A stretch of DNA of 64,000 nucleotides, from assembly GCA_032718475.1 (NCBI GenBank), contig JAUCBJ010009163.1, forward strand, positions 62,001 to 126,000, given 5' to 3'. Position 1 is the first letter of the stretch; each line of letters starts with the position of its first letter. Made by a program: the position numbers and the translations under genes. This stretch comes from Nemertoderma westbladi. Its lineage: Eukaryota; Animalia; Xenacoelomorpha. A model generated the notes under the pieces. That model saw only the letters and a program-made list of their open reading frames with translations. It did no database searches and had not been told where the DNA came from. Shown piece after piece: positions 47,101 through 62,100 of the stretch.

Positions 47101-50100
47101 CTAGAGCTGAAGTTAACTCATAATACAATAATTCACCTCAAATATCTCAGCTATTTCATGAACATAATGAAGTATTAAATCCATGTCAAAATCCTTGGTA
47201 TTTTTCTGCAATAATTTATCAAAATATCCTCTGATTTTTTTCAAAAACCATATCAATTTTCATATTTATAACTTCTATCCCACTCCACGAGATAGAGAAT
47301 CTTAAATGAACGTCAAAAGAACAGGTAACACTTACATTTATAGAAGTAATCAGCTGTTATTTGCTACGTCTTTCTGCTGGAGATAGATGAATTTTGATTG
47401 CGTTGGAACACCCCCTATCTGTGGCTTTCTGAGTGGAGAGATAAGTATCCTATCTCCCTATTAATATTGTTGTGTTCTAGAATATTTTTTATAGTTTCAT
47501 CGTATTGCCAAAGTGACTAGAGCTGAAGTTAACTCATAATACAATAATTCACCTCAAATATCTCAGCTATTTCATGAACATAATGAAGTATTAAAGCCAT
47601 GTCAAAATCATTGGTGTTTTTCTGCAATAATTTATCAAAATATCCTCTGATTTTTTTCAAAAACCACATCGATTTTCTTATTTATAACTTCTATCCCACT
47701 CCACGAGATAGAGAATCTTAAATGAACGTCAAAAGAACAGGTAACACTTACATTTATAGCAGTAATCAGCTGTTATTTGCTACGTCTTTCCGCTGGAGAT
47801 GGATGAATTTTGATTGCGTTGGAACACCCCCTATCTGTGGCTGTCTGAGTGGAGAGATAAGTAGCCTATCTCCCTATTAATATTGTTGTGTTCTAGAATA
47901 TTTATTATAGTTTCATCGTATTGCTAAAGTGGCTGGAGCTAAAGTTATTATGTAATGCAATAATTCACCTCAAATATCACAGCTATTTCATGAACATAAT
48001 GAAGTATTAAATCCATGTCAAAATCCTTGGTATTTTTCTGCAATAATTTATCAAAATATCCTCTGATTTTTTTCAAAAACCATATCAATTTTCATATTTA
48101 TAACTTCTATCCCACTCCACGAGATAGAGAATCTTAAATGAACGTCAAAAGAACAGGCAACACTTACATTTATAGCAGTAATCAGCTGTTATTTGCTACG
48201 TCTTTCCGCTGGAGATGGATGAATTTTGATTGCGTTGGAACACCCCCTATCTGTAGCTGTCTGAGTGGAGAGATAAGTAGCCTATCTCCCTGTTAATATT
48301 GTTGTGTTCTAGAATATTTATTATAGTTTTATCGTATTGCCAAAGTGACTAGAGCTGAAGTTGACTCATAATACAATAATTCACCTCAAATATCTCAGCT
48401 ATTTCATGAACATAATGAAGTATTAAATCCATGTCAAATTCCTTGGTATTTTTCTGCAATAATTTATCAAAATATCCTCTGATTTTTTTCAAAAACCATA
48501 TCAATTTTCATATTTATAACTTCTATCCCACTCCACGAGATAGATAATCTTAAATGAACGTCAAAAGAACAGGTAACACTTACATTTATAGCAGTAATCA
48601 GCTGTTATTTGCTACGTCTTTCCGCTGGAGATGGATGAATTTTGATTGCGTTGGAACACCCCCTATATGTAGCTGTCTGAGTGGAGAGATAAGTAGCCTA
48701 TCTCCCTGTTAATATTGTTGTGTTCTAGAATATTTATTATAGTTTCATCGTATTGCCAAAGTGACTAGAGCTGAAGTTGACTCATAATACAATAATTCAC
48801 CTCAAATATCTCAGCTATTTCATGAACATAATGAAGTATTAAATCCATGTCAAAATCCTTGGTATTTTTCTGCAATAATTTATCAAAATATCCTCTGATT
48901 TTTTTCAAAAACCATATCAATTTTCATATTTATAACTTCTATCCCACTCCACGAGATAGAGAATCTTAAATGAACGTCAAAAGAACAGGTAACACTTACA
49001 TTTATAGCAGTAATCAGCTGTTATTTGCTACGTCTTTCCGCTGGAGATGGATGAATTTTGATTGCGTTGGAACACCCCCTAACTGTGGCTGTCTGAGTGG
49101 AGAGATAAGTAGCCTATCTCCCTGTTAATATTGTTGTGTTCTAGAATATTTATAATAGTTTCATCGTATTGCCAAAGTGACTAGAGCTGAAGTTGACTCA
49201 TAATACAATAATTCACCTCAAATATCTCAGCTATTTCATGAACATAATGAAGTATTAAATCCATGTCAAATTCCTTGGTATTTTTCTGCAATAATTTATC
49301 AAAATATCCTCTGATTTTTTTCAAAAACCATATCAATTTTCATATTTATAACTTCTATCCCACTCCACGAGATAGATAATCTTAAATGAACGTCAAAAGA
49401 ACAAGTAACACTTACATTTATAGCAGTAATCAGCTGTTATTTGCTACGTCTTTCCGCTGGAGATGGATGAATTTTGATTGCGTTGGAACACCCCCTATAT
49501 GTAGCTGTCTGAGTGGANNNNNNNNNNNNNNNNNNNNNNNNNNNNNNNNNNNNNNNNNNNNNNNNNNNNNNNNNNNNNNNNNNNNNNNNNNNNNNNNNNN
49601 NNNNNNNNNNNNNNNNNATATCAATTTTCATATTTATAACTTCTATCCCACTCCACGAGATAGATAATCTTAAATGAACGTCAAAAGAACAAGTAACACT
49701 TACATTTATAGCAGTAATCAGCTGTTATTTGCTACGTCTTTCCGCTGGAGATGGATGAATTTTGATTGCGTTGGAACACCCCCTATATGTAGCTGTCTGA
49801 GTGGAGAGATAAGTAGCCTATCTCCCTGTTAATATTGTTGTGTTCTAGAATATTTATTATAGTTTCATCGTATTGCCAAAGTGACTAGAGCTGAAGTTGA
49901 CTCATAATACAATAATTCACCTCAAATATCTCAGCTATTTCATGAACATAATGAAGTATTAAATCCATGTCAAAATCCTTGGTATTTTTCTGCAATAATT
50001 TATCAAAATATCCTCTGATTTTTTTCAAAAACCATATCAATTTTCATATTTATAACTTCTATCCCACTCCACGAGATAGAGAATCTTAAATGAACGTCAA

Positions 50101-53100
50101 AAGAACAGGTAACACTTACATTTATAGAAGTAATCAGCTGTTATTTGCTACGTCTTTCTGCTGGAGATAGATGAATTTTGATTGCGTTGGAACACCCCCT
50201 ATCTGTGGCTTTCTGAGTGGAGAGATAAGTATCCTATCTCCCTATTAATATTGTTGTGTTCTAGAATATTTTTTATAGTTTCATCGTATTGCCAAAGTGA
50301 CTAGAGCTGAAGTTAACTCATAATACAATAATTCACCTCAAATATCTCAGCTATTTCATGAACATAATGAAGTATTAAATCCATGTCAAAATCCTTGGTA
50401 TTTTTCTGCAATAATTTATCAAAATATCCTCTGATTTTTTTCAAAAACCATATCAATTTTCATATTTATAACTTCTATCCCACTCCACGAGATAGAGAAT
50501 CTTAAATGAACGTCAAAAGAACAGGTAACACTTACATTTATAGAAGTAATCAGCTGTTATTTGCTACGTCTTTCTGCTGGAGATAGATGAATTTTGATTG
50601 CGTTGGAACACCCCCTATCTGTGGCTTTCTGAGTGGACAGATAAGTATCCTATCTCCCTATTAATATTGTTGTGTTCTAGAATATTTTTTATAGTTTCAT
50701 CGTATTGCCAAAGTGACTAGAGCTGAAGTTAACTCATAATACAATAATTCACCTCAAATATCTCAGCTATTTCATGAACATAATGAAGTATTAAAGCCAT
50801 GTCAAAATCATTGGTGTTTTTCTGCAATAATTTATCAAAATATCCTCTGATTTTTTTCAAAAACCACATCGATTTTCTTATTTATAACTTCTATCCCACT
50901 CCACGAGATAGAGAATCTTAAATGAACGTCAAAAGAACAGGTAACACTTACATTTATAGCAGTAATCAGCTGTTATTTGCTACGTCTTTCCGCTGGAGAT
51001 GGATGAATTTTGATTGCGTTGGAACACCCCCTATCTGTAGCTGTCTGAGTGGAGAGATAAGTAGCCTATCTCCCTGTTAATATTGTTGTGTTCTAGAATA
51101 TTTATTATAGTTTTATCGTATTGCCAAAGTGACTAGAGCTGAAGTTGACTCATAATACAATAATTCACCTCAAATATCTCAGCTATTTCATGAACATAAT
51201 GAAGTATTAAATCCATGTCAAATTCCTTGTTATTTTTCTGCAATAATTTATCAAAATATCCTCTGATTTTTTTCAAAAACCATATCAATTTTCATATTTA
51301 TAACTTCTATCCCACTCCACGAGATAGAGAATCTTAAATGAACGTCAAAAGAACAGGTAACACTTACATTTATAGCAGTAATCAGCTGTTATTTGCTACG
51401 TCTTTCCGCTGGAGATGGATGAATTTTGATTGCGTTGGAACACCCCCTATCTGTAGCTGTCTGAGTGGAGAGATAAGTAGCCTATCTCCCTGTTAATATT
51501 GTTGTGTTCTAGAATATTTATTATAGTTTTATCGTATTGCCAAAGTGACTAGAGCTGAAGTTGACTCATAATACAATAATTCACCTCAAATATCTCAGCT
51601 ATTTCATGAACATAATGAAGTATTAAATCCATGTCAAATTCCTTGTTATTTTTCTGCAATAATTTATCAAAATATCCTCTGATTTTTTTCAAAAACCACA
51701 TCGATTTTCTTATTTATAACTTCTATCCCACTCCACGAGATAGAGAATCTTAAATGAACGTCAAAAGAACAGGTAACACTTACATTTATAGCAGTAATCA
51801 GCTGTTATTTGCTACGTCTTTCCGCTGGAGATGGATGAATTTTGATTGCGTTGGAACACCCCCTATCTGTGGCTGTCTGAGTGGAGAGATAAGTAGCCTA
51901 TCTCCCTATTAATATTGTTGTGTTCTAGAATATTTATTATAGTTTCATCGTATTGCTAAAGTGGCTGGAGCTAAAGTTATTATGTAATGCAATAATTCAC
52001 CTCAAATATCACAGCTATTTCATGAACATAATGAAGTATTAAATCCATGTCAAAATCCTTGGTATTTTTCTGCAATAATTTATCAAAATATCCTCTGATT
52101 TTTTTCAAAAACCATATCAATTTTCATATTTATAACTTCTATCCCACTCCACGAGATAGAGAATCTTAAATGAACGTCAAAATAACAGGTAACACTTACA
52201 TTTATAGCAGTAATCAGCTGTTATTTGCTACGTCTTTCCGCTGGAGATGGATGAATTTTGATTGCGTTGGAACACCCCCTATCTGTAGCTGTCTGAGTGG
52301 AGAGATAAGTAGCCTATCTCCCTGTTAATATTGTTGTGTTCTAGAATATTTATTATAGTTTCATCATATTGCCAAAGTGACTAGAGCTGAAGTTGACTCA
52401 TAATACAATAATTCACCTCAAATATCTCAGCTATTTCATGAACATATTGAAGTATTAAATCCATGTCAAAATCCTTGGTATTTTTCGGCAATAATTTATC
52501 AAAATATCCTCTGATTTTTTTCAAAAACCATATCAATTTTCATATTTATAACTTCTATCCCACTCCACGAGATAGAGAATCTTAAATGAACGTCAAAAGA
52601 ACAGGTAACACTTACATTTATAGAAGTAATCAGCTGTTATTTGCTACGTCTTTCCGCTGGAGATGGATGAATTTTGATTGCGTTGGAACACCCCCTATCT
52701 GTGGCTTTCTGAGTGGAGAGGTAAGTATCCTATTTCCCTATTAATATTGTTGTGTTCTAGAATATTTTTTATAGTTTCATCGTATTGCCAAAGTGACTAG
52801 AGCTGAAGTTAGCCCATAATACAATAATTCACCTCAAATATCTCAGCTATTTCATGAACATAATGAAGTATTAAAGCCATGTCAAAATCATTGGTGTTTT
52901 TCTGCAATAATTTATCAAAATATCCTCTGATTTTTTTCAAAAACCACATAGATTTTATTATTTATAACTTCTATCCCACTCCACGAGATAGAGAATCTTA
53001 AATGAACGTCAAAAGAACAGGTAACACTTACATTTATAGCAGTAATCAGCTGTTATTTGCTACGTCTTTCCGCTGGAGATGGATGAATTTTGATTGCGTT

Positions 53101-56100
53101 GGAACACCCCCTAACTGTGGCTGTCTGAGTGGAGAGATAAGTAGCCTATCTCCCTGTTAATATTGTTGTGTTCTAGAATATTTATAATAGTTTCATCGTA
53201 TTGCCAAAGTGACTAGAGCTGAAGTTGACTCATAATACAATAATTCACCTCAAATATCTCAGCTATTTCATGAACATAATGAAGTATTAAATCCATGTCA
53301 AATTCCTTGGTATTTTTCTGCAATAATTTATCAAAATATCCTCTGATTTTTTTCAAAAACCATATCAATTTTCATATTTATAACTTCTATCCCACTCCAC
53401 GAGATAGAGAATCTTAAATGAACGTCAAAAGAACAGGTAACACTTACATTTATAGCAGTAATCAGCTGTTATTTGCTACGTCTTTCCGCTGGAGATGGAT
53501 GAATTTTGATTGCGTTGGAACACCCCCTATATGTAGCTGTCTGAGTGGAGAGATAAGTAGCCTATCTCCCTGTTAATATTGTTGTGTTCTAGAATATTTA
53601 TTATAGTTTCATCGTATTGCCAAAGTGACTAGAGCTGAAGTTGACTCATAATACAATAATTCACCTCAAATATCTCAGCTATTTCATGAACATAATGAAG
53701 TATTAAATCCATGTCAAAATCCTTGGTATTTTTCTGCAATAATTTATCAAAATATCCTCTGATTTTTTTCAAAAACCATATCAATTTTCATATTTATAAC
53801 TTCTATCCCACTCCACGAGATAGAGAATCTTAAATGAACGTCAAAAGAACAGGTAACACTTACATTTATAGAAGTAATCAGCTGTTATTTGCTACGTCTT
53901 TCCGCTGGAGATGGATGAATTTTGATTGCGTTGGAACACCCCCTATCTGTGGCTTTCTGAGTGGAGAGATAAGTATCCTATCTCCCTATTAATATTGTTG
54001 TGTTCTAGAATATTTTTTATAGTTTCATCGTATTGCCAAAGTGACTAGAGCTGAAGTTAGCCCATAATACAATAATTCACCTCAAATATCTCAGCTATTT
54101 CATGAACATAATGAAGTATTAAAGCCATGTCAAAATCATTGGTGTTTTTCTGCAATAATTTATCAAAATATCCTCTGATTTTTTTCAAAAACCACATCGA
54201 TTTTTTTATTTATAACTTCTATCCCACTCCACGAGATAGAGAATCTTAAATGAACGTCAAAAGAACAGGTAACACTTACATTTATAGCAGTAATCAGCTG
54301 TTATTTGCTACGTCTTTCCGCTGGAGATGGATGAATTTTGATTGCGTTGGAACACCCCCTAACTGTGGCTGTCTGAGTGGAGAGATAAGTAGCCTATCTC
54401 CCTGTTAATATTGTTGTGTTCTAGAATATTTATAATAGTTTCATCGTATTGCCAAAGTGACTAGAGCTGAAGTTGACTCATAATACAATAATTCACCTCA
54501 AATATCTCAGCTATTTCATGAACATAATGAAGTATTAAATCCATGTCAAATTCCTTGGTATTTTTCTGCAATAATTTATCAAAATATCCTCTGATTTTTT
54601 TCAAAAACCATATCAATTTTCATATTTATAACTTCTATCCCACTCCACGAGATAGATAATCTTAAATGAACGTCAAAAGAACAGGTAACACTTACATTTA
54701 TAGCAGTAATCAGCTGTTATTTGCTACGTCTTTCCGCTGGAGATGGATGAATTTTGATTGCGTTGGAACACCCCCTATATGTAGCTGTCTGAGTGGAGAG
54801 ATAAGTAGCCTATCTCCCTGTTAATATTGTTGTGTTCTAGAATATTTATTATAGTTTCATCGTATTGCCAAAGTGACTAGAGCTGAAGTTGACTCATAAT
54901 ACAATAATTCACCTCAAATATCTCAGCTATTTCATGAACATAATGAAGTATTAAATCCATGTCAAAATCCTTGGTATTTTTCTGCAATAATTTATCAAAA
55001 TATCCTCTGATTTTTTTCAAAAACCACATCGATTTTCTTATTTATAACTTCTATCCCACTCCACGAGATAGAGAATCTTAAATGAACGTCAAAAGAACAG
55101 GTAACACTTACATTTATAGAAGTAATCAGCTGTTATTTGCTACGTCTTTCTGCTGGAGATAGATGAATTTTGATTGCGTTGGAACACCCCCTATCTGTGG
55201 CTTTCTGAGTGGAGAGATAAGTATCCTATCTCCCTATTAATATTGTTGTGTTCTAGAATATTTTTTATAGTTTCATCGTATTGCCAAAGTGACTAGAGCT
55301 GAAGTTAACTCATAATACAATAATTCACCTCAAATATCTCAGCTATTTCATGAACATAATGAAGTATTAAAGCCATGTCAAAATCCTTGGTGTTTTTCTG
55401 CAATAATTTATCAAAATATCCTCTGATTTTTTTCAAAAACCACATCGATTTTCTTATTTATAACTTCTATCCCACTCCACGAGATAGAGAATCTTAAATG
55501 AACGTCAAAAGAACAGGTAACACTTACATTTATAGAAGTAATCAGCTGTTATTTGCTACGTCTTTCCGCTGGAGATGGATGAATTTTGATTGCGTTGGAA
55601 CACCCCCTATCTGTGGCTTTCTGAGTGGAGAGATAAGTATCCTATCTCCCTGTTAATATTGTTGTGTTCTAGAATATTTATTATAGTTTTATCGTATTGC
55701 CAAAGTGACTAGAGCTGAAGTTGACTCATAATACAATAATTCACCTCAAATATCTCAGCTATTTCATGAACATAATGAAGTATTAAATCCATGTCAAATT
55801 CCTTGGTATTTTTCTGCAATAATTTATCAAAATATCCTCTGATTTTTTTCAAAAACCATATCAATTTTCATATTTATAACTTCTATCCCACTCCACGAGA
55901 TAGAGAATCTTAAATGAACGTCAAAAGAACAGGTAACACTTACATTTATAGCAGTAATCAGCTGTTATTTGCTACGTCTTTCCGCTGGAGATGGATGAAT
56001 TTTGATTGCGTTGGAACACCCCCTATATGTAGCTGTCTGAGTGGAGAGATAAGTAGCCTATCTCCCTGTTAATATTGTTGTGTTCTAGAATATTTATTAT

Positions 56101-59100
56101 AGTTTCATCGTATTGCCAAAGTGACTAGAGCTGAAGTTGACTCATAATACAATAATTCACCTCAAATATCTCAGCTATTTCATGAACATAATGAAGTATT
56201 AAATCCATGTCAAAATCCTTGGTATTTTTCTGCAATAATTTATCAAAATATCCTCTGATTTTTTTCAAAAACCATATCAATTTTCATATTTATAACTTCT
56301 ATCCCACTCAACGAGATAAAGTATCTTAAATGAAAGTCAAAAGAACAGGTAACACTTACATTTATAGAAGTAATCAGCTGTTATTTGCTACGTCTTTCCG
56401 CTGGAGATGGATGAATTTTGATTGCGTTGGAACACCCCCTATCTGTGGCTTTCTTAGTGGAGAGATAAGTATCCTATCTCCCTATTAATATTGTTGTGTT
56501 CTAGAATATTTTTTATAGTTTCATCGTATTGCCAAAGTGACTAGAGCTGAAGTTGTCTCATAATACAATAATTCACCTCAAATATCTCAGCTATTTCATG
56601 AACATATTGAAGTATTAAATCCATGTCAAAATCCTTGGTATTTTTCTGCAATAATTTATCAAAATATCCTCTGATTTTTTTCAAAAACCATATCAATTTT
56701 CATATTTATAACTTCTATCCCACTCCACGAGATAGAGAATCTTAAATGAACGTCAAAAGAACAGGTAACACTTACATTTATAGAAGTAATCAGCTGTTAT
56801 TTGCTACGTCTTTCCGCTGGAGATGGATGAATTTTGATTGCGTTGGAACACCCCCTATCTGTGGCTTTCTGAGTGGAGAGATAAGTATCCTATCTCCCTA
56901 TTAATATTGTTGTGTTCTAGAATATTTTTTATAGTTTCATCGTATTGCCAAAGTGACTAGAGCTGAAGTTAGCCCATAATACAATAATTCACCTCAAATA
57001 TCTCAGCTATTTCATGAACATAATGAAGTATTAAAGCCATGTCAAAATCATTGGTGTTTTTCTGCAATAATTTATCAAAATATCCTCTGATTTTTTTCAA
57101 AAACCACATCGATTTTTTTATTTATAACTTCTATCCCACTCCACGAGATAGAGAATCTTAAATGAACGTCAAAAGAACAGGTAACACTTACATTTATAGC
57201 AGTAATCAGCTGTTATTTGCTACGTCTTTCCGCTGGAGATGGATGAATTTTGATTGCGTTGGAACACCCCCTATATGTAGCTGTCTGAGTGGAGAGATAA
57301 GTAGCCTATCTCCCTGTTAATATTGTTGTGTTCTAGAATATTTATTATAGTTTCATCGTATTGCCAAAGTGACTAGAGCTGAAGTTGACTCATAATACAA
57401 TAATTCACCTCAAATATCTCAGCTATTTCATGAACATAATGAAGTATTAAATCCATGTCAAAATCCTTGGTATTTTTCTGCAATAATTTATCAAAATATC
57501 CTCTGATTTTTTTCAAAAACCATATCAATTTTCATATTTATAACTTCTATCCCACTCCACGAGATAGAGAATCTTAAATGAACGTCAAAAGAACAGGTAA
57601 CACTTACATTTATAGAAGTAATCAGCTGTTATTTGCTACGTCTTTCTGCTGGAGATGGATGAATTTTGATTGCGTTGGAACACCCCCTATCTGTGGCTTT
57701 CTGAGTGGAGAGATAAGTATCCTATCTCCCTATTAATATTGTTGTGTTCTAGAATATTTTTTATAGTTTCATCGTATTGCCAAAGTGACTAGAGCTGAAG
57801 TTAACTCATAATACAATAATTCACCTCAAATATCTCAGCTATTTCATGAACATAATGAAGTATTAAAGCCATGTCAAAATCATTGGTGTTTTTCTGCAAT
57901 AATTTATCAAAATATCCTCTGATTTTTTTCAAAAACCACATCGATTTTCTTATTTATAACTTCTATCCCACTCCACGAGATAGAGAATCTTAAATGAACG
58001 TCAAAAGAACAGGTAACACTTACATTTATAGCAGTAATCAGCTGTTATTTGCTACGTCTTTCCGCTGGAGATGGATGAATTTTGATTGCGTTGGAACACC
58101 CCCTATCTGTAGCTGTCTGAGTGGAGAGATAAGTAGCCTATCTCCCTGTTAATATTGTTGTGTTCTAGAATATTTATTATAGTTTTATCGTATTGCCAAA
58201 GTGACTAGAGCTGAAGTTGACTCATAATACAATAATTCACCTCAAATATCTCAGCTATTTCATGAACATAATGAAGTATTAAATCCATGTCAAATTCCTT
58301 GTTATTTTTCTGCAATAATTTATCAAAATATCCTTTGATTTTTTCAAAAACCACATCGATTTTCTTATTTATAACTTCTATCCCACTCCACGTGATAGAG
58401 AATCTTAAATGAACGTCAAAAGAACAGGTAACACTTACATTTATAGAAGTAATCAGCTGTTATTTGCTACGTCTTTCCGCTGGAGATGGATGAATTTTGA
58501 TTGCGTTGGAACACCCCCTATCTGTGGCTTTCTGAGTGGAGAGATAAGTATCCTATCTCCCTATTAATATTGTTGTGTTCTAGAATATTTTTTATAGTTT
58601 CATCGTATTGCCAAAGTGACTAGAGCTGAAGTTAGCCCATAATACAATAATTCACCTCAAATATCTCAGCTATTTCATGAACATAATGAAGTATTAAAGC
58701 CATGTCAAAATCATTGGTGTTTTTCTGCAATAATTTATCAAAATATCCTCTGATTTTTTTCAAAAACCATATCGATTTTCATATTTATATCTTCTATCCC
58801 ACTCCACGAGATAGAGAATCTTAAATGAACGTCAAAAGAACAGGTAACACTTACATTTATAGAAGTAATCAGCTGTTATTTGCTACGTCTTTCCGCTGGA
58901 GATGGATGAATTTTGATTGTGTCAGAACACCCCCTATCTGTGGTTGTATGAGTGGAAAGATAAGTAGCCTATCTCCCTATTAATATTGTTGTGTTCTAGA
59001 ATATTTATAATAGTTTCATCGTATTGCCAAAGTGACTAGAGCTGAAGTTGACTCATAATACAATAATTCACCTCAAATATCTCAGCTATTTCATGAACAT

Positions 59101-62100
59101 ATTGAAGTATTAAATCCATGTCAAATTCCTTGGTATTTTTCTGCAATAATTTATCAAAATATCCTCTGATTTTTTTCAAAAACCATATCAATTTTCATAT
59201 TTATAACTTCTATCCCACTCCACGAGATAGAGAATCTTAAATGAACGTCAAAAGAACAGGTAACACTTACATTTATAGCAGTAATCAGCTGTTATTTGCT
59301 ACGTCTTTCCGCTGGAGATGGATGAATTTTGATTGCGTTGGAACACCCCCTATATGTAGCTGTCTGAGTGGAGAGATAAGTAGCCTATCTCCCTGTTAAT
59401 ATTGTTGTGTTCTAGAATATTTATTATAGTTTCATCGTATTGCCAAAGTGACTAGAGCTGAAGTTGACTCATAATACAATAATTCACCTCAAATATCTCA
59501 GCTATTTCATGAACATAATGAAGTATTAAATCCATGTCAAAATCCTTGGTATTTTTCTGCAATAATTTATCAAAATATCCTCTGATTTTTTTCAAAAACC
59601 ATATCAATTTTCATATTTATAACTTCTATCCCACTCCACGAGATAGAGAATCTTAAATGAACGTCAAAAGAACAGGTAACACTTACATTTATAGAAGTAA
59701 TCAGCTGTTATTTGCTACGTCTTTCTGCTGGAGATAGATGAATTTTGATTGCGTTGGAACACCCCCTATCTGTGGCTTTCTGAGTGGAGAGATAAGTATC
59801 CTATCTCCCTATTAATATTGTTGTGTTCTAGAATATTTTTTATAGTTTCATCGTATTGCCAAAGTGACTAGAGCTGAAGTTAACTCATAATACAATAATT
59901 CACCTCAAATATCTCAGCTATTTCATGAACATAATGAAGTATTAAAGCCATGTCAAAATCATTGGTGTTTTTCTGCAATAATTTATCAAAATATCCTCTG
60001 ATTTTTTTCAAAAACCACATCGATTTTCTTATTTATAACTTCTATCCCACTCCACGAGATAGAGAATCTTAAATGAACCTCAAAAGAACAGGTAACACTT
60101 ACATTTATAGCAGTAATCAGCTGTTATTTGCTACGTCTTTCCGCTGGAGATGGATGAATTTTGATTGCGTTGGAACACCCCCTATCTGTAGCTGTCTGAG
60201 TGGAGAGATAAGTAGCCTATCTCCCTGTTAATATTGTTGTGTTCTAGAATATTTATTATAGTTTTATCGTATTGCCAAAGTGACTAGAGCTGAAGTTGAC
60301 TCATAATACAATAATTCACCTCAAATATCTCAGCTATTTCATGAACATAATGAAGTATTAAATCCATGTCAAATTCCTTGTTATTTTTCTGCAATAATTT
60401 ATCAAAATATCCTCTGATTTTTTCAAAAACCATATCAATTTTCATATTTATAACTTCTATCCCACTCCACGAGATAGAGAATCTTAAATGAACGTCAAAA
60501 GAACAGGTAACACTTACATTTATAGCAGTAATCAGCTGTTATTTGCTACGTCTTTCCGCTGGAGATGGATGAATTTTGATTGCGTTGGAACACCCCCTAT
60601 ATGTAGCTGTCTGAGTGGAGAGATAAGTAGCCTATCTCCCTGTTAATATTGTTGTGTTCTAGAATATTTATTATAGTTTCATCGTATTGCCAAAGTGACT
60701 AGAGCTGAAGTTGACTCATAATACAATAATTCACCTCAAATATCTCAGCTATTTCATGAACATAATGAAGTATTAAATCCATGTCAAAATCCTTGGTATT
60801 TTTCTGCAATAATTTATCAAAATATCCTCTGATTTTTTTCAAAAACCATATCAATTTTCATATTTATAACTTCTATCCCACTCCACGAGATAGAGAATCT
60901 TAAATGAACGTCAAAAGAACAGGTAACACTTACATTTATAGAAGTAATCAGCTGTTATTTGCTACGTCTTTCTGCTGGAGATAGATGAATTTTGATTGCG
61001 TTGGAACACCCCCTATCTGTGGCTTTCTGAGTGGAGAGATAAGTATCCTATCTCCCTATTAATATTGTTGTGTTCTAGAATATTTTTTATAGTTTCATCG
61101 TATTGCCAAAGTGACTAGAGCTGAAGTTAACTCATAATACAATAATTCACCTCAAATATCTCAGCTATTTCATGAACATAATGAAGTATTAAAGCCATGT
61201 CAAAATCATTGGTGTTTTTCTGCAATAATTTATCAAAATATCCTCTAATTTTTTTCAAAAACCACATCGATTTTCTTATTTATAACTTCTATCCCACTCC
61301 ACGAGATAGAGAATCTTAAATGAACGTCAAAAGAACAGGTAACACTTACATTTATAGCAGTAATCAGCTGTTATTTGCTACGTCTTTCCGCTGAAGATGG
61401 ATGAATTTTGATTGCGTTGGAACACCCCCTATCTGTAGCTGTCTGAGTGGAGAGATAAGTAGCCTATCTCCCTGTTAATATTGTTGTCTTCTAGAATATT
61501 TATTATAGTTTTATCGTATTGCCAAAGTGACTAGAGCTGAAGTTGACTCATAATACAATAATTCACCTCAAATATCTCAGCTATTTCATGAACATAATGA
61601 AGTATTAAATCCATGTCAAATTCCTTGTTATTTTTCTGCAATAATTTATCAAAATATCCTCTGATTTTTTTCAAAAACCATATCAATTTTCATATTTATA
61701 ACTTCTATCCCACTCCACGAGATAGAGAATCTTAAATGAACGTCAAAAGAACAGGTAACACTTACATTTATAGCAGTAATCAGCTGTTATTTGCTACGTC
61801 TTTCCGCTGGAGATGGATGAATTTTGATTGCGTTGGAACACCCCCTATCTGTAGCTGTCTGAGTGGAGAGATAAGTAGCCTATCTCCCTGTTAATATTGT
61901 TGTGTTCTAGAATATTTATTATAGTTTCATCGTATTGCCAAAGTGACTAGAGCTGAAGTTGACTCATAATACAATAATTCACCTCAAATATCTCAGCTAT
62001 TTCATGAACATAATGAAGTATTAAATCCATGTCAAAATCCTTGGTATTTTTCTGCAATAATTTATCAAAATATCCTCTGATTTTTTTCAAAAACCATATC

